A stretch of DNA of 64,000 nt from an uncultured Spirochaetota bacterium (GTDB lineage: Bacteria > Spirochaetota > Spirochaetia > SZUA-6 > Fen-1364): assembly GCA_963781885.1 (NCBI GenBank), contig CAWAHW010000007.1:64001-128000 (forward strand), in the 5' to 3' direction. Positions 1-11,464 of this stretch are shown here, piece after piece (position 1 is the stretch's first letter; every line of letters starts with the position of its first letter). The notes beneath the pieces are model-generated. The model did no database searches. It had not been told where the DNA came from and saw nothing but the letters and a program-made list of their open reading frames with translations. The position numbers and the translations under genes were made by a program.

Positions 1-431
1 ACGTATCCTTGACAGTCTCTGGTGCCAAGGAAGATGTCTTGCCGGCCGCCCTTTTCGATTGCCCTCTGAGCCATCTCATAGTGCTTTCCATCGATTCGAT
101 CCCCCGTCAACTCTTTCCGGAATTCGTTCCATTCGAAATGCGCCTGGACCTGATACTCAACATCGGATAAAAAGGTATATATTGCGAGGTCGTTTCCGCC
201 GCCGTACTTGAGCGGCTTTGTTCCCTTTGTTTGGGTCTTGATGGGCTTCATGACCCGAACTTTATCGATCACCCAGACAAGCGTTGGTTTCCAGTAGATG
301 GATTTTGCAATACCCTTGAGCGCCTCATACGTCGGGATTTGGTACGAGCACTTTTCTCCGCCCAATTTCGTAAGTGGGTCTGTAAACAACGCATATGCAC
401 CCCAGACTTTGAACTCGACGCTGTTTTTCAC
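1..431 (-). CDS. cas5c: Type I-C CRISPR-associated protein Cas5c (Cas5d), runs off the window edge
   Basis: Not in the ORF track. Manual translation from GTG at 431 gives [19 protein letters not shown]...[21 protein letters not shown]...[21 protein letters not shown] at 438-445; directly after cas3. Confidence 0.93.
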   Translation of the reverse strand, partial: MKNSVEFKVWGAYALFTDPLTKLGGEKCSYQIPTYEALKGIAKSIYWKPTLVWVIDKVRVMKPIKTQTKGTKPLKYGGGNDLAIYTFLSDVEYQVQAHFEWNEFRKELTGDRIDGKHYEMAQRAIEKGGRQDIFLGTRDCQGY

Positions 432-444
432 ACATGTCCTCCTT

Positions 445-2913
445 TCAACCAAACATCGCGTCCTGAAACTCAACAGGGCTCATGCTCAATCCGAATTCCT
501 CGCTGTAGTACTCCTTTTCTACGTATAGGATGCCTGAGTTTTTCTGTACTTCGTGGAGAGCTCCCTGTCTTTCGAGTTGCTGGAGTTGGTGGGGATATAA
601 ATTGACGGAATACCGCTGGGCCTTTCGGAGTAAAGCAAACTGCTTTTCGACCTCAAAAGCGGCGCACAAATCTCCAACCAATTGCCTGCCGCGCTCGCCG
701 TATTGAACGATTATGCCTCGAGTGGGCGCATCGATAGCGTGAAACGCGGTTGCTGCGCTCATGAACGATTGCCTAAAGATCCAGCGATAGTCCTTCTTGA
801 ATTGCCGCGAGTACTCTTCCAGCGACAGTTGATTCGACGCCAAAAGCGAAAGGAGAGTGTCGTCGCGGCCGACGCCCTTCTTGTCCCCTCGGCCAATCGG
901 ATAGTCCATCTCCGATTCGCGGTTAAAAAAGTAATACTTGAAAAACACTTCGGTTGCTGTGGGGCCAAGCAGGTCGTCCTTGAAATCCGTAGGTTGACGC
1001 TTGAACTCATCCATGACGCGAATTGCCTGCTCTTTTCCTTCCTTGATGTCATGGAGCATGTCGAGGTTCTCATCTGCTGGATTTACTATGAGAACACGTC
1101 CCCGTACTGGTCTCCCGTTTCGATTGCATCGGCCGGCAGATTGGGCGATCGAATCAAGACCGGCTACATAGCGAATTACGGATCCGAAATCTACGTCCAC
1201 ACCAGCTTCGATTACTTGAGTGCTGATACAAAGCACGCGCTGCGCTTTCTTAAGGCGCTGTCGAACAGCATCTAGGATGACAGCACGATGCGCCGGGCAC
1301 ATTCCCGCACTCAGATGGTAAATAGACCCTGCGTAACGACTATTGCAGCATGCATACAGCGACTGCGCTGACTTCTTCGTGTTGACAACAACGAGGCAAT
1401 TGCCAGAACGGTCCATTTCGTCGTCAACGAGGGCAGCGACCTCGGTTTCTTGCCATGCGTTTGGCCGTCTGAGGTCCGAAACGTCCACTCGTCTCAGCTG
1501 CGAAAACAGAGATTCAACATCCGGGACTATTTCGTTCTTACCTGAGAGGTCGATCCTGCCCTTTTGCTCATCCACCCCGTTCAGAAGGGGCTGTGTCGCT
1601 GTGCAGAGCACAACCGTAGAGCCGCAATGTTGTGTCAGGAAGTTTATGGCATTGCAGAACATGTGTGTGGTCCGAATTGGTAGCGCCTGTACCTCATCGA
1701 GAATAAGGACCGAATTCGAAAGCTGGTGCATGCGGCGAGCAGCTTGTGTTCCACCTCCGAAAAGGGCTTCCAGAAGCTGAACTGTCGTCGTAAACACGAT
1801 GGGGACGTCCCAGTCTTCAGATAGAATTTTGTTGGTCCACGTTTGACGCTCCGGCATGAGGTTGGAGTGATGCTCGAGGACGATTTTGCCTCGGTCAGTG
1901 TCATTCGCCTCCAGCACTTTACGAACGACCTCTGCGTTCTGATCTATGATGGTCGTAAATGGCACAAAGTAGAGGACGCGATCCATCTTGTGACGCATCG
2001 CGTGATTGAGTGCGAAGCGCAAGCTGGCAAGTGTCTTTCCGCCTCCAGTTGGTACAGTCAGCGTGAAGACGCCCTTCGGATCCTGTGCCCGAGAAAGACA
2101 GAGGTTTGAAACTTCCGCGCGGATTTTGTCGACAGTGTTGCGAATACCAAATGAAGAGAGAGTTTGATCGAGACGATCGACGAGTATTTCCCACCCAACG
2201 TATCTACCGTTCTGACGCTGCACGGCGGCTCTCGGGTTCTCGAAATCGGCGGAATCCCTTCCGTCAGCATCAGTCAAACACCCGTACAGGAATCTCACGA
2301 GCATACTTACGTTGAAATCATTGACTATCTGGGACTTGTCCGACTGAACGGATCTGCACTTTTTCACTGCAGCGGTCACCCAATCACGGTCGCTGACAAG
2401 GATTCTGAGCCGGTCATCTACAACAGAATCCAGATTCGCTACAGCCTCCGTCAGGTGAGTTAATTGGTGTGCCTTGGCGAGACGTTTTGATAACACATCG
2501 CTCCCGTTTGGTGAGATGCAGTCGATAAGGCCTGAATGGTGAGAGGCCAAGCACAGAGCGGCGATCGACCCGACGATCTCTCCCAACTTGCCTTTGGCAG
2601 ACAGCAAATCAAACGCACACTGAGCGCCCGCTGTTGAATGATCGATCTTGCCTTTCTGGGATTTTGCGTCCACGTATTCGTCAGAATCAGGGTCAAGAAT
2701 ACCTGTACTGGATTCTATGTACTTCCTAAACTCCTCGCTGTATTTGCCGAGGTCGTGTAGGAGCCCCAGCAATTGTCCCAATTCCATGAGCCCTATTTTT
2801 GCTGCACGTTCGCCAGCCTTCTCGCTGACGCCGAGTAGATGTTGGCCAACGTACTGGCTCTTGCCATCCGATTTGCGGACATGTGCGATGTAGTTCGTTC
2901 TGCTATCAGTCAT
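445..2913 (-). CDS. cas3: CRISPR-associated HD nuclease/helicase Cas3
   Basis: HD domain (HLL, HDLGK, DHS, HH, DAD) fused to SF2 helicase ([22 protein letters not shown]); precedes cas5c. Confidence 0.97.
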   Translation of the reverse strand: MTDSRTNYIAHVRKSDGKSQYVGQHLLGVSEKAGERAAKIGLMELGQLLGLLHDLGKYSEEFRKYIESSTGILDPDSDEYVDAKSQKGKIDHSTAGAQCAFDLLSAKGKLGEIVGSIAALCLASHHSGLIDCISPNGSDVLSKRLAKAHQLTHLTEAVANLDSVVDDRLRILVSDRDWVTAAVKKCRSVQSDKSQIVNDFNVSMLVRFLYGCLTDADGRDSADFENPRAAVQRQNGRYVGWEILVDRLDQTLSSFGIRNTVDKIRAEVSNLCLSRAQDPKGVFTLTVPTGGGKTLASLRFALNHAMRHKMDRVLYFVPFTTIIDQNAEVVRKVLEANDTDRGKIVLEHHSNLMPERQTWTNKILSEDWDVPIVFTTTVQLLEALFGGGTQAARRMHQLSNSVLILDEVQALPIRTTHMFCNAINFLTQHCGSTVVLCTATQPLLNGVDEQKGRIDLSGKNEIVPDVESLFSQLRRVDVSDLRRPNAWQETEVAALVDDEMDRSGNCLVVVNTKKSAQSLYACCNSRYAGSIYHLSAGMCPAHRAVILDAVRQRLKKAQRVLCISTQVIEAGVDVDFGSVIRYVAGLDSIAQSAGRCNRNGRPVRGRVLIVNPADENLDMLHDIKEGKEQAIRVMDEFKRQPTDFKDDLLGPTATEVFFKYYFFNRESEMDYPIGRGDKKGVGRDDTLLSLLASNQLSLEEYSRQFKKDYRWIFRQSFMSAATAFHAIDAPTRGIIVQYGERGRQLVGDLCAAFEVEKQFALLRKAQRYSVNLYPHQLQQLERQGALHEVQKNSGILYVEKEYYSEEFGLSMSPVEFQDAMFG

Positions 2914-3233
2914 GCCTTTCGGTCCATGTAACCGCAGGTGCGCGTCTTACCATTCGGATGATGACCGAGTGGTTTTCCTTTATAAAAAGGGGGTCTTTAG
3001 CCTCTCTTTGTTCATTCTTCCTTCCCCCCTTGCCTCTTCCGCAAAAGGAACGCTCATACCGACCAGCCGTCATCCTCCTCGATCTGCTGTCGGCGGAGTC
3101 GATGCAGAATTCTGATCGGGCTCGGCCGGTGGCGACTGTCACGCCGCCCTTTCCCAAAACAAGCCAAGGCGATTTCCTCATCACAGCATTTCATCCTGGC
3201 ACCCCGCTGTTGCAGCCAACGCAACACGCCGCA

Positions 3234-4221
3234 TTATTTTCCCCCTGCGTACATCGCCGCCATCGCCTGAGCCTCTTCGGCAATGCGTTGGCGAAGATCG
3301 GCCGGTGCGAGTATTTCCACGTCGGCGCCCCAGCCCCGGATCCAGGGGAACATTTCCCGAGGCTCGGCGATCTGGGCGCGCCAGATGAGCTCGCCACTGG
3401 GCAGATCGGTGACGGCCTGGCTGGGATGCCAGACCGTCTCGCGCACCCTATGGGCCACATGCGCGGAAAAGCGAAGAACCACATCCACGGGCGCGGCGTC
3501 GGAGTACCAGATGCCCCAGGCGCCTTCCAGCACGCCCGCGATCCTTTCGTCAGGAGGAATCGCATAGGTGTCTGACGTAAGGGTGGCTTGGAGGATTCTG
3601 TCCACGCGCAACGTACGCAGGTGATCCTCGCCCGCACATTCCCCAATCGCCTGTACCGTCTGACCGACGGCATAGGGCACGATCAAATAGACGGCGAAGC
3701 GGTAGGTGTCATCGGCGTTCCGATGCACCGAGTGATGGAGCACTTCCACCATCCTGCCTTCGGACCATCCGCGCGTGAGGGTTTCCAGGACACTGAGGTA
3801 CACCGGATCGCGGCGTGCTCGCGAGCCCTCCACCTTCTCCGCTTCCGCCACGATATGTCCCGCGATGGTTGGGGAGAACGCCTGCAGCGATTGGCCGAGC
3901 TTTCTCAAGGCGGACGCCGTGTGAGGATTGAAACGATCCATCCGATCTGCCATCAGGCGGCTCGCCAAGATAGAGGGAGAGGGATTCGTGGATGGTGAGT
4001 CGGATGTGGCTGAGGTAGCTGTCGCGATTGATACCTACCAGGCCGGTATCATCCTCCGTGACCGGCAGGAAGGAACCCAGCTCCGTGACGTACCGCGCTG
4101 CGGTGGATCGGTGCACGCCGAGCCGACGTGCAATCTCTGACCTGTGAAGGCCCTGACCATGAGCCAGAAGCAGTTGCTCCAGTTGCATGAGGCGCTCTGA
4201 CTTGGTTGCTGCTGAAACCAT
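3234..4221 (-). CDS. HTH-WYL-WCX transcriptional regulator (frameshift near 3965)
   Basis: ORF 3709..4221 supplies the wHTH (SEIARRLGVHRSTAARY); ORF 3234..3968 supplies WYL/WCX (RTLRVDRI, WIRGWGADVEILAPADLR). One indel joins them. Confidence 0.9.
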
Positions 4222-4323
4222 TTGAAATTGGAAATTATGGTAGCACGATGAGAGCTACAAGTCCAATAAAACTGACGCTGACGCAAGGCATTTCAACTGC
4301 TATAAGGAAACCGCGGTCGTGAT

Positions 4324-4944
4324 ATGATGAATGCGGATATGACCGCCGCCGAAATCCTCAAGCTGAATGGCGATATGCGACAGTCCCCGCTCATGGACGC
4401 GGTCCGGCACTTTGACGCCCTGGCCCGTTCCCACCAGTTGCCGTACTGCATCGTCGGCGGCCTTGCCGTGATCAGAAACGGCTACCCGCGCACGACGATT
4501 GATGTCGATGTTCTCACTTTCAAGCAGGCGTGGCGCAATCTCCTGCCGTTGGAGGGAGAAATCACAAGCCAGGGAATCGACAACTGTGTTGACAAGGCAT
4601 CAGGGGTGACGATCGACATCCTCTTCGCTGATGACGATTGGGAGATGGTGATCCCGATGCCCGATCCGCTGAAGGCAGGGGAATACGACGAAGAGCTTGG
4701 GGCAAGATTCATCCGCCTGCACGATCTCGTGCAGCTCAAGATGGCCGTCCATCTTTCGAAGCTGCGGGAATCAGGCATGGATGTGGCAGCCAAGGACCTC
4801 AGCGACGTCTATGAGCTCATGCGCAGGAATCTTGCGGAGTTTTCCCCGGATATCATCCGCGCCTATGATCCCGCCGTAAGGAAATCCTGCATGAGGACGT
4901 TTGAAAGCGCGGCGCGCGCCTCAAAACGCGAAAAACGCCGCTGA
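4324..4944 (+). CDS. Pol-beta-superfamily nucleotidyltransferase-like protein (DUF6036/AbiEii-like)
   Basis: IVGGLAV...PRTTIDVDV motif, later IDIL and KDLSD; divergent from the WYL gene. Confidence 0.75.
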   Translation: MMNADMTAAEILKLNGDMRQSPLMDAVRHFDALARSHQLPYCIVGGLAVIRNGYPRTTIDVDVLTFKQAWRNLLPLEGEITSQGIDNCVDKASGVTIDILFADDDWEMVIPMPDPLKAGEYDEELGARFIRLHDLVQLKMAVHLSKLRESGMDVAAKDLSDVYELMRRNLAEFSPDIIRAYDPAVRKSCMRTFESAARASKREKRR

Positions 4945-4998
4945 CGGGACCGCGGCTCATGGACGTCCCGTCGCGGCGCTTTACGTCAGAGCGCGAAG

Positions 4999-5610
4999 TC
5001 AAGACCCAGCGCGAGGCTCGGAGTCTTTTCCCCCGGCTCCCAGCTCGCGTTGACGACAGGCAGGATTTCCGGCCTTTCGAAATGAGGTAGACGTCGGGGT
5101 TGCCGCGTACAGCTCCCCCGACCAGCGTGCACGCGGTCCGGTCCAGTTGATCGACTCGAATATCACCGCTCCAGCGCTGAAAACGATGCTCGTGATGAAT
5201 GCCGCAACCTCGTCGGGAATGAGGAAGCCCGCCCCGACGGCCCCGACCGTGCACCCGACGGAGAGCCACGTATAGGTCCATGCGGCCGACCGCGAGCTTG
5301 CCAGGACGTCCCCTCCCATGGCCTCGATCTGGCTCTGCCGCGCATCGAGGCAGAGGTTCCAGATCAAGCCGCCGCCCGACATGCACAGGGATCCGACGGA
5401 GAAAAGCGCCAACGACGTATAGGTGTCGGTGAAGTCATACCCTCCCACGAGAACGAGCGTGTACCCCGTCAGGTCCACCGCGATGCCGGAGACGATCGCC
5501 GCATCGAGGAGGCCCGGTCTGCCGCCGCCCACGAACGCCCTCCAGTTCTGCGCGGAGCAGGGAACCGCAATCGCGGCGCACACGACGACAATAAGAATGA
5601 CCTTTTTCAT
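4999..5610 (-). CDS. Hypothetical membrane protein with signal peptide
   Basis: MKKVILIVVVCAAIAVPCSAQ plus several hydrophobic segments; SD AAGGAG. The C-terminus may be frameshifted. Confidence 0.6.
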   Translation of the reverse strand: MKKVILIVVVCAAIAVPCSAQNWRAFVGGGRPGLLDAAIVSGIAVDLTGYTLVLVGGYDFTDTYTSLALFSVGSLCMSGGGLIWNLCLDARQSQIEAMGGDVLASSRSAAWTYTWLSVGCTVGAVGAGFLIPDEVAAFITSIVFSAGAVIFESINWTGPRARWSGELYAATPTSTSFRKAGNPACRQRELGAGGKDSEPRAGS

Positions 5611-5807
5611 GACACGACTCCTTTGTGGATGATGGGTGATGCGCGCCCATCATCTCACTATCACCGGCGTCCGACAAGGAGACGCCGTCGAGCTGTGCGC
5701 GGCCGCATCCTCCGTGGTACCTTTGTCGGGGAGGACGGGATGAAACTGACCGGGAACACGATTGTCATCTTTTCGACGCGATGAACTATTAACGAGGCAT
5801 GCGGCCG

Positions 5808-6689
5808 ATGAGGAAAATGACGGCTTTCGCCGCGAGCATTTCGGTTTTTGCGCTGCTCGTCTCCTGTGCATCGGAGCCTCCGATTCTGCCGATGCCTCCC
5901 TACTTCAACGAGCTTGCCGGCACGGGAGCTCCGCCGGAGGTGCAGGCTGCCATCGGTCGGGGAGCGGACGTGAATGGACGGGGTGAAGACGGCATGACAC
6001 CGCTGATGGCCGCCGCGGGGAAGAGCAGGAATGCCGAGGTGCTCGTCGTGCTCCTGAATGCGGGAGCGGACGTTCGAGGGAAGGGACATGTACGGTCGCA
6101 CGCCGCTCATGTACGCCGCGCAAAACAGGAACCCTGAAATGGTCGACGACGCTCCTGCGCGCGGGCGCCGATGTGAACGATCAGGACAAGGACGGGTGGA
6201 CGGCGCTCATGCTCGCCGCCGCTGACGTCGACCAGGGCCCCGAGGTCCCGCGAGGCTCCTGGCCGCCGGTGCGGACGCGAACGCGCGGAATCAGGACGGT
6301 GATACCGCGCTGATCCTGGCCGGCGAGAAACCCGAACCTGCAGGTGACTACCCTGCTCCTGCAGGCCGGCACCGACGTGAACGCCCAGAACGACATGGGT
6401 GTGACCTCGCTGATGCAGGCCGTCACCGAAAACGTGAATCTCGAGGTGATCACGACGCTCTTGAAGGCGGGCGCGGATGCGAATGCGCGAAACCTGTTCG
6501 ACGCGACACCGCTGATATGCGCCGTCACAAACGGCGCGAACCCCAAGAGTGATCGCGCTGCTCCTGGAGGCGGGCGCGGACGCAAAAGCGCGGGATGCCG
6601 ACCTCAAGACGGCGCTCGATTATGCGCGGACCGAGGAAAAGCTGAAAGGCACCGACGCCTATCGGAAGCTGGAAGCCGCCTCGCGATGA
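5808..6689 (+). CDS. Ankyrin-repeat lipoprotein (several frameshifts)
   Basis: LLVSC lipobox; repeated GADVN/TPLMxAA/TALMLAA units across frames; ends KTALDYA...KLKGTDAYRKLEAASR*. Confidence 0.8.
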
Positions 6690-6727
6690 GATGAAGCGGA
6701 GCTCCTTTGCGCAGAAAGGCGGTGACG

Positions 6728-7652
6728 ATGGATCCTCGGCGGGGCTACACCCTGGCGGTGCTGAACATGGCGATCAGCGGCGCTGGCAATCTACGTGAAC
6801 AGCCTTGGGGTGAAAATGTTCGCCGATTCCACGCTGTACACCGCGCTGAAAAATGGCGTGGTGGGCATCGTCCTCGTCGTGGTGCTCATCGCGTCGAGGA
6901 AGGCGCGCGCGCCGTACGCCCGTCTGTCCGTCCCGCAGTGGCTCCTGCTTCTTGCCGTCGCGCTGATCGGCGGCAGCGTGCCGTATGCGTTCTATTTCCG
7001 CGGCCTCCAGCTTTCCACGCCCGTGACGGCCTCCCTCGTCGACCACACGCAGTTCCTGCTCGTCGCCGGGTTTGCGGCGCTCTTTCTTCGTGAGCGATTC
7101 GGCCCCGCGGTGTGGGCGGCGCTGGGCATTCTGCTTGCCGGCCTGTGCCTGGGCATCACGGTGAGCGCCGTGCGCCTGGACGCCGGCGTCGTATTTCTTG
7201 CCGCGGCGACGGTTCTGTTTGCCGTGGATTTCGTGCTGATGAAGCATCTCCTTGCAGCGGTGCCCCCGCTGGCCGTCATGACCTTCAAGATGGCGCTCGG
7301 CTCGCTGCTCCTCATCGCCTACGTCGCGGCCACGGGCCGGATGGGGTCCGTTGTCGGCATGACGCTGCTCCAGTGGGGATTCATCGGCGTCACCGGGCTC
7401 ATCCTGCTCGCGTTCACGACCACGTCGGTGCTCGGGCTTCGCTCCGCATCGGCCACCGCGGTGACGGCCATTCCCGCCGGCGCGCCCATCGTCACGACGG
7501 CAATCGTGCTCGTCGCGCAGGGAGGCGCCATCCCGCCCGTGCGCTGGCTCGGCCTTTCCCTCATGCTGGTGGCCGTGCTCGCCGTGTTCATTTTCGGCCG
7601 ACGCCAGGAGGCGCGCCGCGCGGCCGACAACGGTCAGGGGAATGCGGCATGA
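6728..7652 (+). CDS. DMT/EamA family transporter (frameshift near 6785)
   Basis: About 10 TM segments, LFLRERF motif; N-terminus MDPRRGYTLAVLNMAISG lies in another frame. Confidence 0.8.
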
Positions 7653-8386
7653 GCGACGGGCTTCTCCTTTTCGCGCGCTATGCCTACGCGCCCAACCGGC
7701 TCGGTTACTGCGGCTCCGACGATCACCCGGCCCTGTTCTCCTATCTCACGGAGTCCCGGCCGGACCAGGGCCTTCTGGAATTGGCCCGGCAATTCGACGG
7801 CGCCTTCCCCTATCTCACCCTCATTGCCCGGGCGAACAACATCGCGGACCCCTTCGACCGCCGGGTGGTGGAAGCCTACTGGATCGGAAACGCGCTCCTG
7901 GAGCGCGTCGGGCAGGCGTCGTTTTTCGAATCCCTGTCCGCACGATTCCGACCCCGCATGAAGAGGCAGGACTTCACCTGGATGACAAGCGTCCTCCCCG
8001 CCGGCGCGAAGCCGCACCACAACTTCCACGTCTTCGACGTCTACCGCCGGGCAGGTCTCCTGCGCGACGAGCGGGCGACGGTTGCGTTGGAGCGCATGGA
8101 CCAATGCCGCATCAGTTGGGGCCGGGTCCTGTACGCGGAAGGTGCGGAGGTCGTTGTCGAGCGATCCCCCCTGGTGATGGAGCAGGGAAAACTCGCGCTC
8201 GGCGTGCCCGTCACGGTGCGCGTCCTGCGCCATATCGACGGCCGCGGCTACCTGGACGATTTCAGGCCCGGACAGACCGTGTCCATCCACTGGAACTGGG
8301 CCTGCGACCTCATGGACGGCCCTGCCCGGGCGCAGCTCTTGCGCGCCACGCGCCGCGCCATTGCCCACACGAACCTGACGCTCTGA
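7649..8386 (+). CDS. DUF6390 family protein
   Basis: FARYAYAPNRLGYCG, VVEAYWIGN, PHHNFHVF, MDQCRISWG, VSIHWNWAC; ATGA overlap with the EamA gene. Confidence 0.8.
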   Translation: MSDGLLLFARYAYAPNRLGYCGSDDHPALFSYLTESRPDQGLLELARQFDGAFPYLTLIARANNIADPFDRRVVEAYWIGNALLERVGQASFFESLSARFRPRMKRQDFTWMTSVLPAGAKPHHNFHVFDVYRRAGLLRDERATVALERMDQCRISWGRVLYAEGAEVVVERSPLVMEQGKLALGVPVTVRVLRHIDGRGYLDDFRPGQTVSIHWNWACDLMDGPARAQLLRATRRAIAHTNLTL

Positions 8387-8523
8387 TTGACGGAACGCCG
8401 ATCGAAGCGGCCGCGACCATTCGGCAGCAAACTGGACCTCGGTGCTCCAGGCCATGAAGGCGCTGCTCGAGAAGTGAGCGCGCCGGAATTGACGATACAT
8501 ATAGTGATTTCCTAATATATGTT

Positions 8524-10329
8524 ATGAAGCATTTTGTGCCCGTTGCCGTCCTGTTCGCGGCGGCAGTTATTGCGGGGGCGGCCCCGACCGTGACCGTGTC
8601 GAACTCGATCAGCCTTCACGACGCCCCCAAGTATGGACCGACGTTCACCCACTTCGACTACGTGAATCCCGATGCGCCGAAAGGCGGCACCCTGCGGCAG
8701 TCGGTCGTCGGCACGTACGACAATTTCAACGCCTACGCGCAGCGGGGCGTCGCGGAATCGAGCGCGGCGGCATTCTACGACACCCTGATGACGCCGTCGG
8801 AGGACGAGATCGAGGTCTATTACGGGCTCATTGCACAGAAGGTCGAGTATCCCAGCGACTTCACCTGGATCATTTTCGACCTGAATCCAAAGGCAAAAAA
8901 CCAGGATGGATCGCCCATCACGGCGGACGAGGTGGTCTTCTCCTTCAACAAGTTCCTGAACGAGGGCGTGCCGCAGTTCAAGCAGTACTACGCGAACGTG
9001 TCGAAGGCCGAAGCCCTGGATCCCCTGCGCGTGAAGTTTACCCTCACCCAGGGCGACAAGTCCCTGCTCGTGGCACTCGCGCAGCTCACCGTCCTCCCGC
9101 AGGCCTACTGGCAGAGCCGCAAGCTCTCCGAGCCGCTCACCGAGATTCCCCAGGGAAGCGGTGCGTACACGGTGAAGGACTACAAGATCGGGGAATATGC
9201 CATCTATCAGCGCCTGCCGAGCTACTGGGGGGCCGACCTGCCCGTGAACAAGGGCCAGATGAATTTTGACGCCCTGCGCTACGACTACTACCGCGACGCG
9301 CAGGTCGCCTTCCAGGCCTTCATTGCCGGGGAATACGACCTGTACCAGGAGAGCGTCGCGAAGAACTGGGCGACGATGTACACGGGGAAGAACTTCGACA
9401 ATGGCGCCATCGTCAAGGAGGAGATTCCGCACCAGATCCCGCAGGGCATGCAAGGGCTCGTCTTCAATATCCAGCGCCCGATATTCAAGGACGTGCGGGT
9501 GCGGGAGGCGCTCACATACGCGCTGGATTTCGAATGGATGAACAAGAATCTCTTCTACAACCAGTACACCCGCGCGCGCAGCTACTTCACCAACACTCCC
9601 TACGAGGCGAAGGGGCTGCCCGGCCCGGGGGAGCTTGCGATCCTGTCGCCCCTGAAGGGAAAGATACCGGACCGCGTCTTCACGACCGAGTTCCAGCCGC
9701 CGGTCACCGACGGCTCGGGCGAGATCGGCCCCCAGCTTGAGAAGGCGTTCGCCCTCCTGAAGGCTGCCGGCTGGGAGGTGAGGAATGAGAAACTCGTCAA
9801 TGTGCAGACGGGCGATCCGTTCGCTTTCGAGCTCCTTATCTTCGATCCCTCCGAGCAGAGGATTGCCGTGGCCGTGCAGAAGAACTTCCAGCGCATGGGC
9901 ATCGCGATGACCATCCGGCAACTCGATTCGGCGCAGTTCACGAACCGGCTCCGCTCGCGCGACTTCGACATGATCTCGGGCAGCTATGACGCCAATTTCT
10001 ATCCCAGCACCGACATGAAGATCGTCTGGCGATCGGACTACATCAGCGACACCTGGAACCAGGCCGGCGTCCAGGACCCCGCCGTGGACGCCCTGATCGA
10101 CGGCATCGTGGCGCACCAGGACGACTCCGCGGCCCTCCTGAACTGGGGCCGGGCGCTTGACCGGGTGCTCACCTGGAACTTCTACGTGATCCCCGAGTGG
10201 TACCTCAGCAAGTTCCGCGTCGCCTCCTGGAACAAGTTCTCGCGCCCCGCCGTGCGGCCGAAATACACCCTCGGCCTGGGCGCCTGGTGGCTGGACAAGG
10301 ACAAGGAAGCGCGCCTGCCGAAGAGCTGA
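8524..10329 (+). CDS. yejA: Peptide/microcin C ABC transporter substrate-binding protein
   Basis: Signal peptide, HFDYVNPDAPKGG motif; first gene of a four-gene operon. Confidence 0.9.
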   Translation: MKHFVPVAVLFAAAVIAGAAPTVTVSNSISLHDAPKYGPTFTHFDYVNPDAPKGGTLRQSVVGTYDNFNAYAQRGVAESSAAAFYDTLMTPSEDEIEVYYGLIAQKVEYPSDFTWIIFDLNPKAKNQDGSPITADEVVFSFNKFLNEGVPQFKQYYANVSKAEALDPLRVKFTLTQGDKSLLVALAQLTVLPQAYWQSRKLSEPLTEIPQGSGAYTVKDYKIGEYAIYQRLPSYWGADLPVNKGQMNFDALRYDYYRDAQVAFQAFIAGEYDLYQESVAKNWATMYTGKNFDNGAIVKEEIPHQIPQGMQGLVFNIQRPIFKDVRVREALTYALDFEWMNKNLFYNQYTRARSYFTNTPYEAKGLPGPGELAILSPLKGKIPDRVFTTEFQPPVTDGSGEIGPQLEKAFALLKAAGWEVRNEKLVNVQTGDPFAFELLIFDPSEQRIAVAVQKNFQRMGIAMTIRQLDSAQFTNRLRSRDFDMISGSYDANFYPSTDMKIVWRSDYISDTWNQAGVQDPAVDALIDGIVAHQDDSAALLNWGRALDRVLTWNFYVIPEWYLSKFRVASWNKFSRPAVRPKYTLGLGAWWLDKDKEARLPKS

Positions 10330-10347
10330 GCGGGACCGAGCCGCATC

Positions 10348-11463
10348 ATGGGTCGGTACGTCGTCCGACGGCTCCTCCTGATGATCCCCACGCTGTGGGC
10401 GATCATCACGGTCAACTTCTTCATCGTGCAGATCGCCCCGGGTGGTCCGGTGGATCAGGCGGTCGCACAGCTGCGCGGCAAATCCGCCATTGCCGCTCTG
10501 GAACGCATCTCGGGTCAGGGCAGCACGGAGGTCGCGCCGCCCGCGGGGTCCACGGGCACGACGGCGGGCGCGAATCAATCCCTCTACCGGGGCGCGCGCG
10601 GGCTGGACCCCCAGACGATCGCCGAGATCCGGAAGCGCTTCGGCTTTGACAAGCCGCTCCTGGTCCGCTACCTGGAGATGCTGTGGCGCTACATCCGGCT
10701 CGATTTCGGCGACAGCCTCTTTCGCGGCCGCAGCGTGATGGGGCTCATCATCGAGCGGATGCCGGTCTCCATCTCCATCGGGTTCTGGAGCACGCTCATC
10801 ATCTACCTCGTCTCCATCCCTCTGGGCATCCGCAAGGCGGTGCGGCACGGCAGCAGGTTCGACGTGTGGACGAGCACGGCAGTGGTGGTTGGCAACACCA
10901 TCCCGACGTTCCTCTTTGCCATCGTGCTCATCATCTTCTTTGCCGGCGGCTCCTACCTGAAATGGTTCCCCCTTCGGGGGCTCGTCTCAACGGACTTTGG
11001 CTCCTTCTCCTTTCTCCGGAAGATCGCCGATTACTTCTGGCATCTCGCCCTTCCCACCCTCGCGATGGTGATCGGCGGCTTCGCCACGCTCACGATGCTC
11101 ACGAAGAACTCCTTCCTCGACGAGATCCACAAGCAGTATGTCGCCACCGCGCGATCCAAGGGTCTCACGGAGAAACGCATCCTGCGCCGGCACGTGTTCC
11201 GCAACGCCATGCTGCTCGTGATCGCGGGCTTTCCCTCCGCGTTCATCAGCATGCTCTTCACCGGCTCCGTCCTGATCGAGGTGATCTTCTCCCTCAACGG
11301 CCTCGGGCTCCTGGGGTTCGAGGCAACGATGCAGCGCGACTATCCCGTCATGTTCGGCACGTTGTACATGTTCACGCTCCTCGGCCTCATCCTCGGGCTC
11401 GTGAGCGACCTCACGTACACCATCGTGGACCCGCGCATCGATTTCGAGACACGGGGCGGCTGA
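10348..11463 (+). CDS. yejB: Microcin C ABC transporter permease
   Basis: [21 protein letters not shown] loop ARSKGL. Confidence 0.92.
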   Translation: MGRYVVRRLLLMIPTLWAIITVNFFIVQIAPGGPVDQAVAQLRGKSAIAALERISGQGSTEVAPPAGSTGTTAGANQSLYRGARGLDPQTIAEIRKRFGFDKPLLVRYLEMLWRYIRLDFGDSLFRGRSVMGLIIERMPVSISIGFWSTLIIYLVSIPLGIRKAVRHGSRFDVWTSTAVVVGNTIPTFLFAIVLIIFFAGGSYLKWFPLRGLVSTDFGSFSFLRKIADYFWHLALPTLAMVIGGFATLTMLTKNSFLDEIHKQYVATARSKGLTEKRILRRHVFRNAMLLVIAGFPSAFISMLFTGSVLIEVIFSLNGLGLLGFEATMQRDYPVMFGTLYMFTLLGLILGLVSDLTYTIVDPRIDFETRGG

Positions 11464-11464
11464 G

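Noticed and set aside
2906-3184. 92-aa ORF between WYL and cas3 as a small cas or toxin gene
   Set aside because: No clear RBS, no recognisable motif, and it runs through a purine-rich low-complexity tract.
3921-3934. GTGAGGATTGAAAC resembling a CRISPR repeat end
   Set aside because: Single copy inside the WYL coding sequence (RFNPH codons on the other strand); no second repeat.
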